From: Hamiltosporidium tvaerminnensis FI-OER-3-3
Taxonomy: Eukaryota; Fungi; Microsporidia
Direction: 5' to 3'
Length of the DNA: 64,000 nt
Assembly (NCBI GenBank): GCA_022605425.2
Contig: CM061246.1
Span: 62,001-126,000 of the forward strand
In this document: positions 38,493 through 50,637 of the stretch, one piece after another
How the letters are laid out: every line of letters starts with the position of its first letter
Numbering within the stretch: the first letter of the stretch is position 1
The notes under the pieces: model-generated
Seen by the model: only the letters and a program-made list of their open reading frames with translations
Database searches by the model: none
Told to the model about the DNA's origin: nothing
Translations under genes and position numbers: made by a program

Positions 38493-39247
38493 TTTTTTTA
38501 TTTAAAAATATCACATCTTTTTAAAATAGTGGCAAGTGTTATATTTGTTTTCATGACATTAACGCAGTTCTAGGTTTAACATAAATAACTGCTACCCCAA
38601 AACTCCATCAGTAACCCCTGCGATACCTACGTCCCAAAGCCTTTCATCTATTAGGTGTGTAGAACCTAATTAATAGGCGAGGCAGTTGCCCGGAGTTCGT
38701 TAATGTCCGTTGCATGGAGTGTGATCGAAGGCCGAAGCCCCCCCTGGGCTCCCCCAAGACTATGCAGCATTCCCACTTACTCTACACTTTCTGAACCCAA
38801 TAAACTTCTAGCTAAGATATATCTCAGAGATTTACATGGGGTCCACCTAGACAGTGCAATCTCATACCAACAGGTATAACCTGCTACTTAGCTCCCCTGG
38901 CTTTAAATGGTTTTAATTTTTTAATCTCCCAGGCGCTTATTCTTCTAACACAAGTATGCAAGGCTATGTTTTCGATGCTTTTACATGAAAATTACCTACA
39001 TGTTCAGCTGCGGTCTGCAATCTGGTTACATAAAAAACTACAAATAAATTTGTAGAAAAAGTTTCTCCATTTCTTAGACCTCTTCTCCTCATAACAACTC
39101 CCATGGAACAACCAAAGATGTAGTGTGGTTGTATTCCCACTAAAAATCCAAACAATGATCTTTACACCAGTTTCACACACTCATTGCCAAGCAGAAAGTT
39201 TTTTATGTGGTTATCCTCCCTCCACCTTTTTTTTTTAATTAAATAAT
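38493..39247 (-). mobile_element. ~730-nt non-autonomous retroposon (SINE-like), copy 1
   Basis: 15-bp TSD ATCGTTTTTTAATAA at 38478-38492 / 39248-39262; short A tail; highly similar to 50638-51367. Confidence 0.9.
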
Positions 39248-39295
39248 ATCGTTTTTTAATAAATATATTATATTCATATATCATGATGATAACCC

Positions 39296-40513
39296 ATGGT
39301 AGAGGTAGAATCTATAAATGAAATTATTACTGTCGAAGCATTTATTGTAAGTAGAAAAGAACTAAATGATGTAATGTTAAAATACAATAAAGTTTTACTG
39401 AATAAACCAAAAATTCCAAACATAATTGATTTGAACAAAGAATATATGACATTCTCTGTAATCGATTTACAAAAAATAGTTTCTAAGGACGAAGTAATCT
39501 GTTTGCTGAATTCGGATTTTATAGAAAATGACTTCTCAGAATGGTTTGGAGCAAAAACCCCTAATATTTTGTTAGGATCATGTAAAATCGATGTACTGGA
39601 ATCTTTAGGATATAAAAGACCAGAATTATATTTTTGGGAATTTACAGAGATTTTTGATTTAAAACTTTGTCTTAATTTTAATTATTTCAGTTATAAAGAA
39701 ATATTAAGGAAGATTTTACCATCAAATTGTAAAATACCAACTTCTTTTGAAATTATCGGTGACATTTTACATTTAAATTTAACAGAAGATTTACTGATTC
39801 ATAAAAAAATTATTGGTGAAGTTTTATATAAAAAAATAAAAAATATAAAATCTGTTGTGACTAAAATTGGAAATATTTCAAATGAATTTAGATTTTTTGA
39901 AATGGAAGTTTTGGAAGGAGACCACGATTTAAACACGAAGCAAATAGAAAATGGATTAATATATTTCTTAGATTATAGTAAGATGTATTGGAATTCTAAA
40001 TTACAATCAGAAAGAAAAATTATATTAAATTATTTTAAACCAAATGAAACTATCTGCGATCTTTTTTGTGGGGTCGGTCCTTTTGTAATTCCAGCTTTGA
40101 AAAAAGGTTGTATCGTCTACGCAAATGATTTAAATAAAGATGCTATAACCTATTTAAAGAAAAATGTTGTAGAAAATAAAGTAAATTCTTCAAAAATATT
40201 TATTTTCAATGAGAACGCATTTTCACTGATAAAAACACTCAAGACACAAAATACAGCCGTTAATCATTTTATCTTAAATTTACCTGAAAAATCTCTTTTA
40301 TTTTTTAAAGAAATTTTATCTTTAAATTTTAATTCAATGATTCATTGTTATTTCTTTTGTAAGGAATTTATACAACCTTGGGAATTTGTTTATAATGAAA
40401 TTTCAATTGAAATACCAAAATCGAATTTCGAAATGATAAGAAGCGTCTCTCCTTCAAAAAATATGTGGAAAATTACTATTAATTTACAAGAAATTGAAAA
40501 ATCTAATTTTTAA
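39296..40513 (+). CDS. TRM5: tRNA (guanine37-N1)-methyltransferase
   Basis: PTSFEIIGDILHLNL, FRFFEMEVLEG, YWNSKLQSER, DLFCGVGPF, ANDLN, HFILNLP. Confidence 0.93.
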   Translation: MVEVESINEIITVEAFIVSRKELNDVMLKYNKVLLNKPKIPNIIDLNKEYMTFSVIDLQKIVSKDEVICLLNSDFIENDFSEWFGAKTPNILLGSCKIDVLESLGYKRPELYFWEFTEIFDLKLCLNFNYFSYKEILRKILPSNCKIPTSFEIIGDILHLNLTEDLLIHKKIIGEVLYKKIKNIKSVVTKIGNISNEFRFFEMEVLEGDHDLNTKQIENGLIYFLDYSKMYWNSKLQSERKIILNYFKPNETICDLFCGVGPFVIPALKKGCIVYANDLNKDAITYLKKNVVENKVNSSKIFIFNENAFSLIKTLKTQNTAVNHFILNLPEKSLLFFKEILSLNFNSMIHCYFFCKEFIQPWEFVYNEISIEIPKSNFEMIRSVSPSKNMWKITINLQEIEKSNF

Positions 40514-41074
40514 AGTTTTTTTATAAATTTATTCAAATTTATTTGTTTTTAAACTTGAAATACACATTTATATATCTTTTGGTAATTTTATATTTTCATT
40601 TTATTTTTCTTTTAATCTTACAAATTACATTTTTTTAAATTTGAAATACACATTTATACTTCAATTCTGTAATTTTTATAGATAAAAAAAGATATAATTT
40701 GTTTTCATCAAAATACAAATTTATTTCTACATTTAGTAATTCATTTAGTAATTCTTTCAAATATAATTTCATATTTTTTTTAAATTGATCTATATTTATA
40801 CTTAAATTATTTTATTAATTTACTACAAATCATATTTCTGTGTTTGAAACTTTAAAATAAAAATAGTTTTAATCTGTATTTACTAAAAATATTTTTAAAG
40901 ATACGAATAAGTTGGTATTAATATATTTTTATCTTCAATTATAAAATAAGAATAACAATTTATTTTAAAATTGAAGCTTTGAAGTTTAATTTTTCAAAAT
41001 TATAGATACAAATTAAAAAATATTTGAAACAGAAATTAAAATCAATAAACATATATTAAAGATTCTAATTACAT

Positions 41075-41462
41075 CTTAATGATATAATTAGGTCTCTTAA
41101 ACCAAACTTAGATATATGTACTAAATATGTTGAATATAGATAATATTTATGATATAATTATTTCTATTTCTTGAATTTTTTATATCAGTAATAAACTATC
41201 AGAATATATATGATTTACTTATCATATAATTAGGTCTTTAAATAAAATATATTAAAATCTTTGATAATCTATTTAGAATATATTTAATTAGTAAATCTAA
41301 GTGATATAATTAGGGCTTCAATTAATATATTTAAATCAATGAAGAACTATCAAAATATTTGATTAGTAAATCTAAGTGATATAATTAGGTCTTTAAATAA
41401 AATATTTAAATCTTTGATAATCGATTTAGAATATATATGATTAGTAAATCTAAGTGATATAT
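41075..41462. repeat. Degenerate AT-rich tandem repeats
   Basis: TGATATAATTAGG and ATTAGTAAATCTAAGTGATATA recur at ~75-80 bp spacing. Confidence 0.7.
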
Positions 41463-41826
41463 TTATTCAATCTATTTGTACTAATATAAGTATATTAATT
41501 ATTTCTAGATCTCTAAATGGAACTACAAATATATTTTTTGAATTCATATTTATTAGTTCTAATCTTTCTTAAATTTTATTATTAATTCTTTTTTTTATAA
41601 TTGTTATCTGGGAAGTAACAAATTAAATTTGAACTTCTTTTTACAGATAGACTTGCCAAATAATTTTTTTAATGTAATCATTTTTATAAAAAATAACCAA
41701 TTATTCTTTTAAAAAATTAATTTCATTACGATAAACCAGAATCACAATTTATGATACTCCGTTCCAAATCTGACCAATAATTTATTTCTCCTTTTTTATT
41801 TAAATCCAAAAAAACTAACAACAAGG

Positions 41827-42564
41827 ATGGAAAGCCCCATACAGGATATACGAGCACAGCGTGTTAGTAGAATATTAGATAGACTATCTGCACTACAATG
41901 TATTAAATGGCTTGTGGTTGCCATATTAATATTTAAAGGATGTCAAATATTTTATAACTCTGGTGTTTTACTTTATACAAAAGATCAAAAGTGCAAAGCG
42001 CCACTTAAGTTGTTCTTGGGTGTCTATACAGCCCTGATTTGTATACAGGCAATGCTATTTTTTGTAAAGAATAGAGAATATTTTACTGTCGATAGAATAC
42101 CCGATATACAGGACAATAACGAAGTAGGTCTTTTTACAAATTTTGTGGATGCTTTTACATTATTTTGGTATTTGACTGGATTTCACTGGACACAGGAATG
42201 TAAGACATGTAAAATTACAAACCCTCTGCTTTATTATACCTCTGTAGTTTGGATTTATTATGGAATGCTTATCGTAGTTTCTCCACTTATAGCAATCGTA
42301 ATATTAATTCTACTTATAACTTACATCAAACCAAAACTTCCTGTAATTGAATACAAAGATAATGGAGAAATACGAAAACAAGATGCTAATTGTTCTATAT
42401 GTCTTAATGATTATAACACTAATGACAAAATAAAAGTATTACCCTGTAACCATCATTTTCATCAAACATGTATCGATGAATGGTTTAATGTTGATGATAT
42501 CTGTCCTTTATGTAAAAAACCTATAAATCTATTGTATGATTTGGTAGAACAACATCCTGTTTAG
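41827..42564 (+). CDS. Membrane-bound RING-H2 E3 ubiquitin ligase
   Basis: About 4 TM segments; CSICLNDY..LPCNHHFHQTCIDEWF..CPLCK. Confidence 0.9.
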   Translation: MESPIQDIRAQRVSRILDRLSALQCIKWLVVAILIFKGCQIFYNSGVLLYTKDQKCKAPLKLFLGVYTALICIQAMLFFVKNREYFTVDRIPDIQDNNEVGLFTNFVDAFTLFWYLTGFHWTQECKTCKITNPLLYYTSVVWIYYGMLIVVSPLIAIVILILLITYIKPKLPVIEYKDNGEIRKQDANCSICLNDYNTNDKIKVLPCNHHFHQTCIDEWFNVDDICPLCKKPINLLYDLVEQHPV

Positions 42565-42741
42565 TAGATTTATAGAAAAAATTAGAAAGTATTTTTTTTT
42601 AAATGAAAATAATTGTATTAGTGACTGAAAAAGTGACTGGTATTTATATATTTATAGAATGAAGTTTGAAGTGTTTAATAAACTGATTATTATATTTTTA
42701 TTGAAGATTTTATATTGTTTGTAGATCTTCATAGTATTTAT

Positions 42742-42902
42742 TTGCTGTGTTTAATCAAATTATTACAATTATATTGAGAAATTTAGTTAATTTATAAATT
42801 TTATAGATTTTGTTGTGTTTTACTCAAATTATTACAATTTTACGGAGGATTTTAATAGTTTATAAATTTTATAGATTTTGTTGTGTTTTACTCAAATTAT
42901 TA
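42742..42902. repeat. ~68-bp tandem repeat x ~2.4
   Basis: TTTATAAATTTTATAGATTTTGTTGTGTTTTACTCAAATTATTA is repeated. Confidence 0.75.
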
Positions 42903-43999
42903 TATTTTTATTAAAAGAGAGACTTGTAATTTTAGTTTATATTAGATAGAATTCGAAGTGTTTGATAAAATTTTATTATATTTGTATTGTAAAATTGTGT
43001 TTTACTTACTAAAAGATCTCTTAGACTTTAATTTTTGTAAAATATATTGAAAGTAGAATAGCTTTAAATTATTGTATTTTTTTGATAGAATATGAAGAAA
43101 TAGTAAAATACATAAAATATCAGTTGATGGAAGGAAAGTAAAAAATATATTTTTTTTAAATTAAAATATGTTAGATTGATCGTTATTACACAGTATTTGT
43201 ACTAATAATGTTATTTTATGGCATTTTTATTGTTATATTAAGATAATAAGCCGGTTTAATTATCTGTAGATCTATGGGATTAAATTTTGAGTCGAAGCAA
43301 CATGTTCTCTTGTGTATATATTTTTCCTTCTTCAAAGAGGTTATTTTGAGCTCTTGAATTAAACCCTTGTTTGTTTTATCGTTGGTTTCTCCGATGTATT
43401 GATTAGTTAATTACAACTCAAGAGTATGATATGATCGTCTTTACATTTTGCCATTATCCTTCTCTTTACTTGTCTTATCCGAGGTCTTGTTTGTTCATTA
43501 ATTATTGGTCTTTGTTTATCACACATCGATACATTCTTCCGGCTTACATGAGCCTTATTCTTAATTTGAATGCTTTCTACAGTCAAAATATATTATTTGA
43601 CTGTTTTTCGCGTCAATCTATTGTATGTTCCCCTCAAGTTCATGATTATATAAAGCCTTTACGTTGTATTCTATGGTATTCAAGCCAATACGATCCCAAG
43701 TTATAATATAAGTAAGGTACTCAAACCAAGTTAACAACTAAGACCTGGCTATTAAGTAAAAAGCTCTACTTGTTGATTTTTTTCAGTTTGAATATTTGGC
43801 AAAAGCAATTGGAAGTAATTTTTACTTCAATTAAAACCATAAAATTTTGCTCTTATTAATGTGTTTTATGTATTGCATGCTTCAAGAAGACAATAGAAAT
43901 ATGATATTAGATTTCAAATGAATCAGATTTTTGCTAAATCAAGGATAGATATGTGTTTAGAGGAGTAGAAAATATACATGTAAGCACTTAAATAAGTCT

Positions 44000-44845
44000 A
44001 ATGAAAAGGTAGAGCATTTAGCGACCCTCTTTGTGAAAATTCTCAGACAGGAGTATACCAGATAGGATAACGAAGTTTTTAGACATACATTTGTTCGTTC
44101 TAAAAATATAAAAATTTAGGTCGTTAAAACGAATTAAAGCCACTCAATTCGAGAAATTTTTAAAAATGTGTATGCAGAGATAAGAGTGGACACCAGAATA
44201 AAAACCGATGACAAGATTTTGAATAATAGAACCGATATATACATTTTAGATAAGAGAAAATAATGTGATAACATTCAATAAGGTAAGAATTATTTACCAA
44301 GATTAACTTAAAATAGTTGAAACTAAAAAATTAAAAAGTATAATTATTTTCGAATGAGTTAGTCATAATTATGAGTATAGTGCTTGGATTATCCTAAATG
44401 TGAATACTTTTGGATGGTATTGTGACAAAATAGCACAAGTTGTATCCCAAAAGACCGCAAATATCCATGAGCTAGAGGCATATATCTAGTTAATAGTTTC
44501 CAACACTGAGTCGAGACAATACCCTCTGATCGGCTAAGAATATCTGAACAGAAAATAAATGATGAAGAGATTATGGAAAGAGAGCAAATGGGCGTTACTA
44601 AAGAGGCTGGGATGTATGAGCAACTAACATTTCCTTTAAAACAGCAAGTAACCAGGAAAATAGCGTTAAACAAGTAAATATAAAAAAATAACACGCCAAT
44701 ATTTTAATAAGAAAACTCTAATCGAAGATTTGACAAAATTAAATACAAGGGGGTTGGTGTTGGAGGAGGAATGTTTGGTGGCTAAAGAGGTAGAAAGAAA
44801 TTTTTAAGAGGGTGAAAACATTTGAACAAATAAGTTTATAAAATA
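44000..44845 (+). mobile_element. Degenerate 3' fragment of an R4-like LINE
   Basis: TATGCAGAGATAAGAGTGGACACCAGAATAAAAACCGATG (YAEIRVDTRIKTD) and TGGATGGTATTGTGACAAAA. Confidence 0.8.
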
Positions 44846-44869
44846 AGGCTACAGGAATATAGAAATCTC

Positions 44870-45500
44870 ATCATATCCTTCTGGTGTCTAATATAGTCAT
44901 TTATAAGACTTTTTTTGTATCGTAATGCGAGTTTCTCATTTGATTTACGAGACTTATGGTGATGTCGACGCATATCCGCTGTTCTAAGATCACATTTCTA
45001 TCGTTGATATAGCAAAGCGATACTTCATCGCGTAGCTTAATACTTTCATTCTTTTGTCACCTTAAAGAGCTAATTAATCTCGTAATTATATGGCTTTTTC
45101 CATTTTAAACGTTAGATTTTGTTTTATTTTTTCTATTTCGTTGTATAACTTGGTAAGTTACGCCCCTGATTTTTTTTGTTTATTTCTTCTAACCTAAATT
45201 CTACACATAGGAAGCTTTTACTTGGTTAAAGACACATTTTATTTGTATTTTATCTTTCGAAGATCATAGACTTCCAGTTAAAATTTCTTTGTTTTATTTT
45301 AAAAATTTCATTAATTGCAAAAAAATGTGTTTATCACGCAATTAAAACTTATGTGTATTTCTTTAAGTTGTGTTTTGAGAAATTTTAGAGGCTCTGTTTG
45401 CATCGTGGTTTGTATTTGCAATATTATTCATCATAAATATACGCGTCGCACTATCAACCCAAGCATTCATCTGGTTTTAAGCATTATCACATACATTTTT
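44870..45500 (-). mobile_element. Degenerate internal fragment of an R4-like LINE; right boundary uncertain
   Basis: ACATTTCTATCGTTGATATAGCA..CTTCATCGCGT matches 55980-56025. Confidence 0.55.
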
Positions 45501-47438
45501 TAAACTTAAAAAAACATTTGAGCTTTTTGTTTGAATTCAGTTTCTGCGTTTATATGATTTACTTGATTATTCAATGAAATTTGGGTCTATAGATAGCCTT
45601 AGCCCCATTTTGCCCCAGATTATTTTTTTTACAATTGAGTGTCTCTCTTTTTCATTCGTCTATACTAAGGTTACTAGGAACCTTTTTTAAATCATCTAGT
45701 CATCGCTTTTGAAGAACTTGTAAATTTCCGATCTTGGGATCGAAGATATACATTCTTTTAATATACAGATGTTTGGTGTTTGTTCAAGATAGGCCAGCCA
45801 TCGGAGTCTGGTTCTTCCAACTTCGTTTTGTCCTCTTAGATTTCAACATAAAATTTAGAGCTCATATTATTCTAAATTTGCTACACCTCTCGCAGATTTC
45901 TTGTTAAAAGTGTGTTTATCGCAGGGTTTTTAGTGGTCTTATGCCTTTATAGCCTCATTATGTGTTTCCAGTATTCATGTTCCAATGCATACATCAATAT
46001 AAGTTAACATATGGTACTAGTATTATCTTTTTACTTCACCTGCTTATAAGTCGAAGGTCATAGTTATCTTGTAAGCCAAAATATTCTTTATTTCTTGCTT
46101 CATTTTTCTTTTTATTTCGGACTGTTGTCATTATTTTTCATCAGAATAACTCTTAGATATGCAAAAGAAAATATGCTTTGGAAACGATATTCCTCTACTT
46201 TAAAAAGGGGGAATATTTTCCTTTTTCTTTGAAGTGAACTTGGATTATGCTTTTATTTAAATAATTGGCTTATTCTTTTAAATTTTGACATATAATCTTG
46301 TGTTTATATTTTGCACAAAATTTTCAAGATTTTTATTCGTCTTTCCCTTTCTATAACATCATGTGCGCTTTTATAATTAATAATAATACATTCAAACACT
46401 CGATAAGTATCAACATTCGGTTTCAAATCAAACATTAAAAACCTTGGAAAGTTCAAATTGCATCGAGGCTCTCGACTCGCATAATTATTTTATTTTCGCC
46501 TAAAAATTTCTTTTAGTACCATATTTTCATTCTTTCGAGTTGTCGGAAACACGGCATAAAGTAAAAACACCACCTGAAATTAAACAAATATGGATTCAGT
46601 GATTTCATGTCGCGGTAAATTTTTCGTTTTCATTTCAACGCTTGATAAATTCATTTCAGATAGCAATTTATTTTAAAAATACATTATACTGATATATTGT
46701 GAAATTATCTTACTATTTTTTAGAAACATTCTATTAAATTGTATTTTAAAAATGTTAAATCTTCAATGTGAAAATTTTTTTTCTTGAATCCTGTTTAAAG
46801 ATTCTTCTTTTGTTTTGCTTTATATGCTTGTGTTATTGATATAAGCGACGTAAGATTTTTTGTGCCATACTATAGTTTGTATATAACATTGAAAGATTTA
46901 AAATATGAATTTTAAAATCGATAGTAGATCTATATCTTAGTATACTAAACCCTTTATATCTAATAATCATAACCTAAAATAGTACATTTATATTATATTA
47001 AATATTAGTACAGAAATAAAATTATAACAGGCTTTTATGATTATTATACTTTTCCTTGGTACATCAATTTCGTTTTAATCTTTTCTTTTCTTTAATCTAA
47101 GAAATTCTATGATGCTAATTTCTTGATAAATGACAGAATTAAGACAATAAATTTTTGCCAACTAAAAATTTTAAATTATAATTTTAAAATCTAACTTTGA
47201 TCAGTATTTCAGGGTAATTTCGAATATATTTTTAGATTTTAAAACCTTACTTTCTTATTCTATTCCTCTTTTATCTCTCGGTGTCGAAGATGAACAAATT
47301 AAAGTTTTACAGAATTTTTTTTTAATCAGAAGTAACTTGAGATTATAGAGATTTTTCTTTGGGGTAAGTCTGTTTAATGGCTACTAAAATGCCAAAAATG
47401 ATATTTAAATCATTTCACACCTTCATTTCCAATCAGAT

Positions 47439-47578
47439 AGTTTTTATTGTAGTTATTATCCCTCCACCAAGTTTTAAATCAATTAATTACAATTCATCCG
47501 TAATACATTTAGTTTTTATTGTAGTTATTATCCCTCCACCACGTTTTAAATCAATTAATTACAATTTATCCGTAATAC
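47439..47578. repeat. 71-bp tandem duplication
   Basis: AGTTTTTATTGTAGTTATTATCCCTCCACC..TCCGTAATAC occurs twice. Confidence 0.85.
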
Positions 47579-47755
47579 TTTTAAATTAAAGATTAATAAC
47601 GATATTATTAACTTTAAAAATAATTATAACTTCTTAGTTAAATAAATAAATTTCAAATGCTTCAAACGCAATCAAACTTCAACTTTCATTCAGTAATAAA
47701 AATAAATTCATCAATATAAAATATAAATTCATCCCTTTGTATTAAAAATACAAAA

Positions 47756-48262
47756 ATGACAAATGCAGATATTTTAAACGAATTAATAATAATCTATCGT
47801 AACGAAAAAAACATAAAGACACTTCTTCCATACCAAACATCAATTATAGAAACAATATATTCTTTAATACAATCACAGCAAACATATCTCAATGCATTAA
47901 AAAAAAATCAAATTATAAAAAATATTATTGAACAAGAACTTGATACAGCAAAGTATTTTTTAAAAGAATATTTAAAAATACGAATTAAAAAATTACAAAT
48001 ATATTTTCTTACATCCAAGGATTTGTTATCTTCTAAGGAAATTATTTTTCAAGAAAAAATAGTTAATCTTTATAAAGAAAAAAATATTTATGTAGAATCA
48101 GAATATAAAAATACTGAATATGTTGGATTTATTTGTTTAAAAGATATAAAACAAATATTTTTGGATAAAAATCCTGTAGAAATAAAAAATGACGATTTTT
48201 TTGTCGCCCCACTTGAAGAAGTGTATGAATATCTTTACAATAACGATATAATGATAGTATAA
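47756..48262 (+). CDS. SLD5: GINS complex subunit Sld5
   Basis: RNEK..LLPY, EQELDTAKYFLKEYLKIRIKKL, LLSSKE, C-terminal beta domain. Confidence 0.8.
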   Translation: MTNADILNELIIIYRNEKNIKTLLPYQTSIIETIYSLIQSQQTYLNALKKNQIIKNIIEQELDTAKYFLKEYLKIRIKKLQIYFLTSKDLLSSKEIIFQEKIVNLYKEKNIYVESEYKNTEYVGFICLKDIKQIFLDKNPVEIKNDDFFVAPLEEVYEYLYNNDIMIV

Positions 48263-48281
48263 ATTGTTAAACATTAAACTT

Positions 48282-49544
48282 TTATTTACCTTTTAATCTC
48301 ACATCATCAGCATCCAAATCTTCCTCGTTTGTATTTGCATAACCAGCTTCTTCTTTAAATCTTTGCCATAAAATTTCTTCGTCACTTTCATCCTCAACAA
48401 AATTCGGTGGAATTTCTACCATTTGAACAGATGGAACACTTTCAATAGTTCTTAAATTCTCTGTTATAGATTTTAAAATCGAATCCAAATATTCCTGTGT
48501 ATTATCATTTGCCATATTACATACTGGAACATCAATATTATAATCTGGTCCGTAATGTTCAATATATTCTGTAAAAGGAAGCTTTTGTGGTATTTCAACA
48601 CCTAAAATAACACTGGTATCATAAGCCCATGCTTTAGAAACGTTTTTAATTGTGTATCCACCACCTCCTAATACCAGCAGTGGAACATTAAAAGATTTGA
48701 CGAAGTTTATACATGAACTGTGCCCAAAATGAGAAAGATTAAAACATCCAAGTCTGTCTCCTGCTAAAGAATCTGCTCCACACTGCATTACAATAGCAGT
48801 TGGTCTAAAGTGTTCCATTACTTTTGAAATTACTGGTTTGAAAATACTTGAATAGCTTTCATCATTAATTCCATCTTTCAAAGGAACATTTACTGCGTAA
48901 TTTTTGCCTTTTAAAATTCCGACATCTGAAAGTGAGCCTGTTCCTGGAAAATACTCTCCGTATTTATGGAAAGAAACCGTCATTACTCTGTCTGAAGTAT
49001 AAAACGCTTCTTCGACTCCGTCACCATGATGTACATCAATATCAATATAAAGAACACGTTCGTTATATTTTAAAAGTTCTAAAATGGCAATTACGATGTC
49101 ATTCACATAACAAAAACCAGAAGCTTCATTTCTTTTTGCATGATGAAGACCGCCTGACCAATTAATTGCAATGTCATATTGACCGGTATTTAATTTATAA
49201 GCTCCACAAAGAGAACCGCCTGTTGTTATTCTACAATAATCATATAAACCATCAAATACAGGACAATCGTCTCCTACATTAAACTTTTGCAAATCACTGA
49301 ACATTTCAGTCATGTTACTCTTTGAAACACTTTGTAAAAAATTTATGTAATCTGCCGAATGAAAATTGGTCAGATTGTTGAAAGAAGCTTGAGAAGGACG
49401 AACAGTATCCATATAGTTTGTAAGTCCGTAGTTGACAAGCAAAGAATGTGTCATTCTTACTCTGTGTGGTTTCATAGGATGTCCTGGTGAATAGTTGAAG
49501 TTACCAATACTTGGATCGTAAAAATAAACGATTCGATTCTTCAT
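48282..49544 (-). CDS. RPD3: Class I histone deacetylase
   Basis: [54 protein letters not shown]. Confidence 0.96.
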   Translation of the reverse strand: MKNRIVYFYDPSIGNFNYSPGHPMKPHRVRMTHSLLVNYGLTNYMDTVRPSQASFNNLTNFHSADYINFLQSVSKSNMTEMFSDLQKFNVGDDCPVFDGLYDYCRITTGGSLCGAYKLNTGQYDIAINWSGGLHHAKRNEASGFCYVNDIVIAILELLKYNERVLYIDIDVHHGDGVEEAFYTSDRVMTVSFHKYGEYFPGTGSLSDVGILKGKNYAVNVPLKDGINDESYSSIFKPVISKVMEHFRPTAIVMQCGADSLAGDRLGCFNLSHFGHSSCINFVKSFNVPLLVLGGGGYTIKNVSKAWAYDTSVILGVEIPQKLPFTEYIEHYGPDYNIDVPVCNMANDNTQEYLDSILKSITENLRTIESVPSVQMVEIPPNFVEDESDEEILWQRFKEEAGYANTNEEDLDADDVRLKGK

Positions 49545-50045
49545 AAGATATAGAAGGAAGGGTGAATTTATTTTTTTTTTTAAAAAGTAAAACGTAAAAG
49601 TTTGGAGGTGATACGAGGGTTATAATTTTTTATTGGTAATAAGTAGAATCTATAGTTTAGTTGGTTGTGATATCTGATGTATTTACTAAATTCAGATTTT
49701 GGTTTATCAAAATACAGACAAAATTTTATTGATTGGAATATTTTTTATGGTGCGGATTTATATTGGTATTTCTGTAACACAGCATGCATTTAATGTTACG
49801 TGATATGATACTTTTTGGATTGAATTGGTGCATTTGCTAATCCAAAGAAAAATATTTAAGAAACGCTGAAACTATAAGAAATAACGAAATGGAATTATTA
49901 TATGAATCAGAATTATCTCAAAGTATGCGGTTTAAAATTATTACCTTAGGAAATTTACAATTTAAGATGTTTTTTTTTCCTAAATTGTAAACTGTGAAGA
50001 ATATTTCTTTGAAATCAAAAAAACACACTTTTCTTATGTGAAATA

Positions 50046-50150
50046 AAGGAAGGATAATCATATTAAAAACTATCTACTAGGTGATGAATGTGCACAATTC
50101 GTGTGAAAATCATTGCTGTCGTTTTGGTAGGATATAAACCACACTAGATC
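50046..50150 (+). mobile_element. Relic of the 5' end of the ~730-nt element
   Basis: GGAAGGATAATCATATTAAAAACTATCT..TCATTG..TTTTGGTAGGATATAAACCACACT matches the element head. Confidence 0.65.
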
Positions 50151-50637
50151 TATTTATTGATTCCCCTTTAATCCTGAATTACTCGAACTTAAACGAAACA
50201 AATGGAAAATTTTCATTTGTGCATCCTCGAATTAGAAAGATAAAAAGGAAATAGAATAAGTGAGTATGTATAACTTTCAAGCTATGGAATACCTATAGAT
50301 CTATGTTTTTATAATCTAAATTAAACGGGTTAAGACTATCAGCTAATATTTTTATTATATTTTGAGTTTTGATGTTACGATGAACCATTATGTTTAACAA
50401 ATAGACTTTTGAACTACATATTTGTTTAGAAGTAAATGTAGAACGAGGGTCTGTAATACTTAAAGTTGGAAACTTTGAGACTCCTTAAGTAATTCAAATA
50501 TTGTTGTGATAGATTTTTAAGAAGCTATAGATCAAATATGGTTGATGTTTATTATCAATATCGAAATTAAGAACGACTTAAGGCGACTAAGATGCCTAAA
50601 ATTCTTATGTTTACAACATTAATCCTATTCGATTGAA

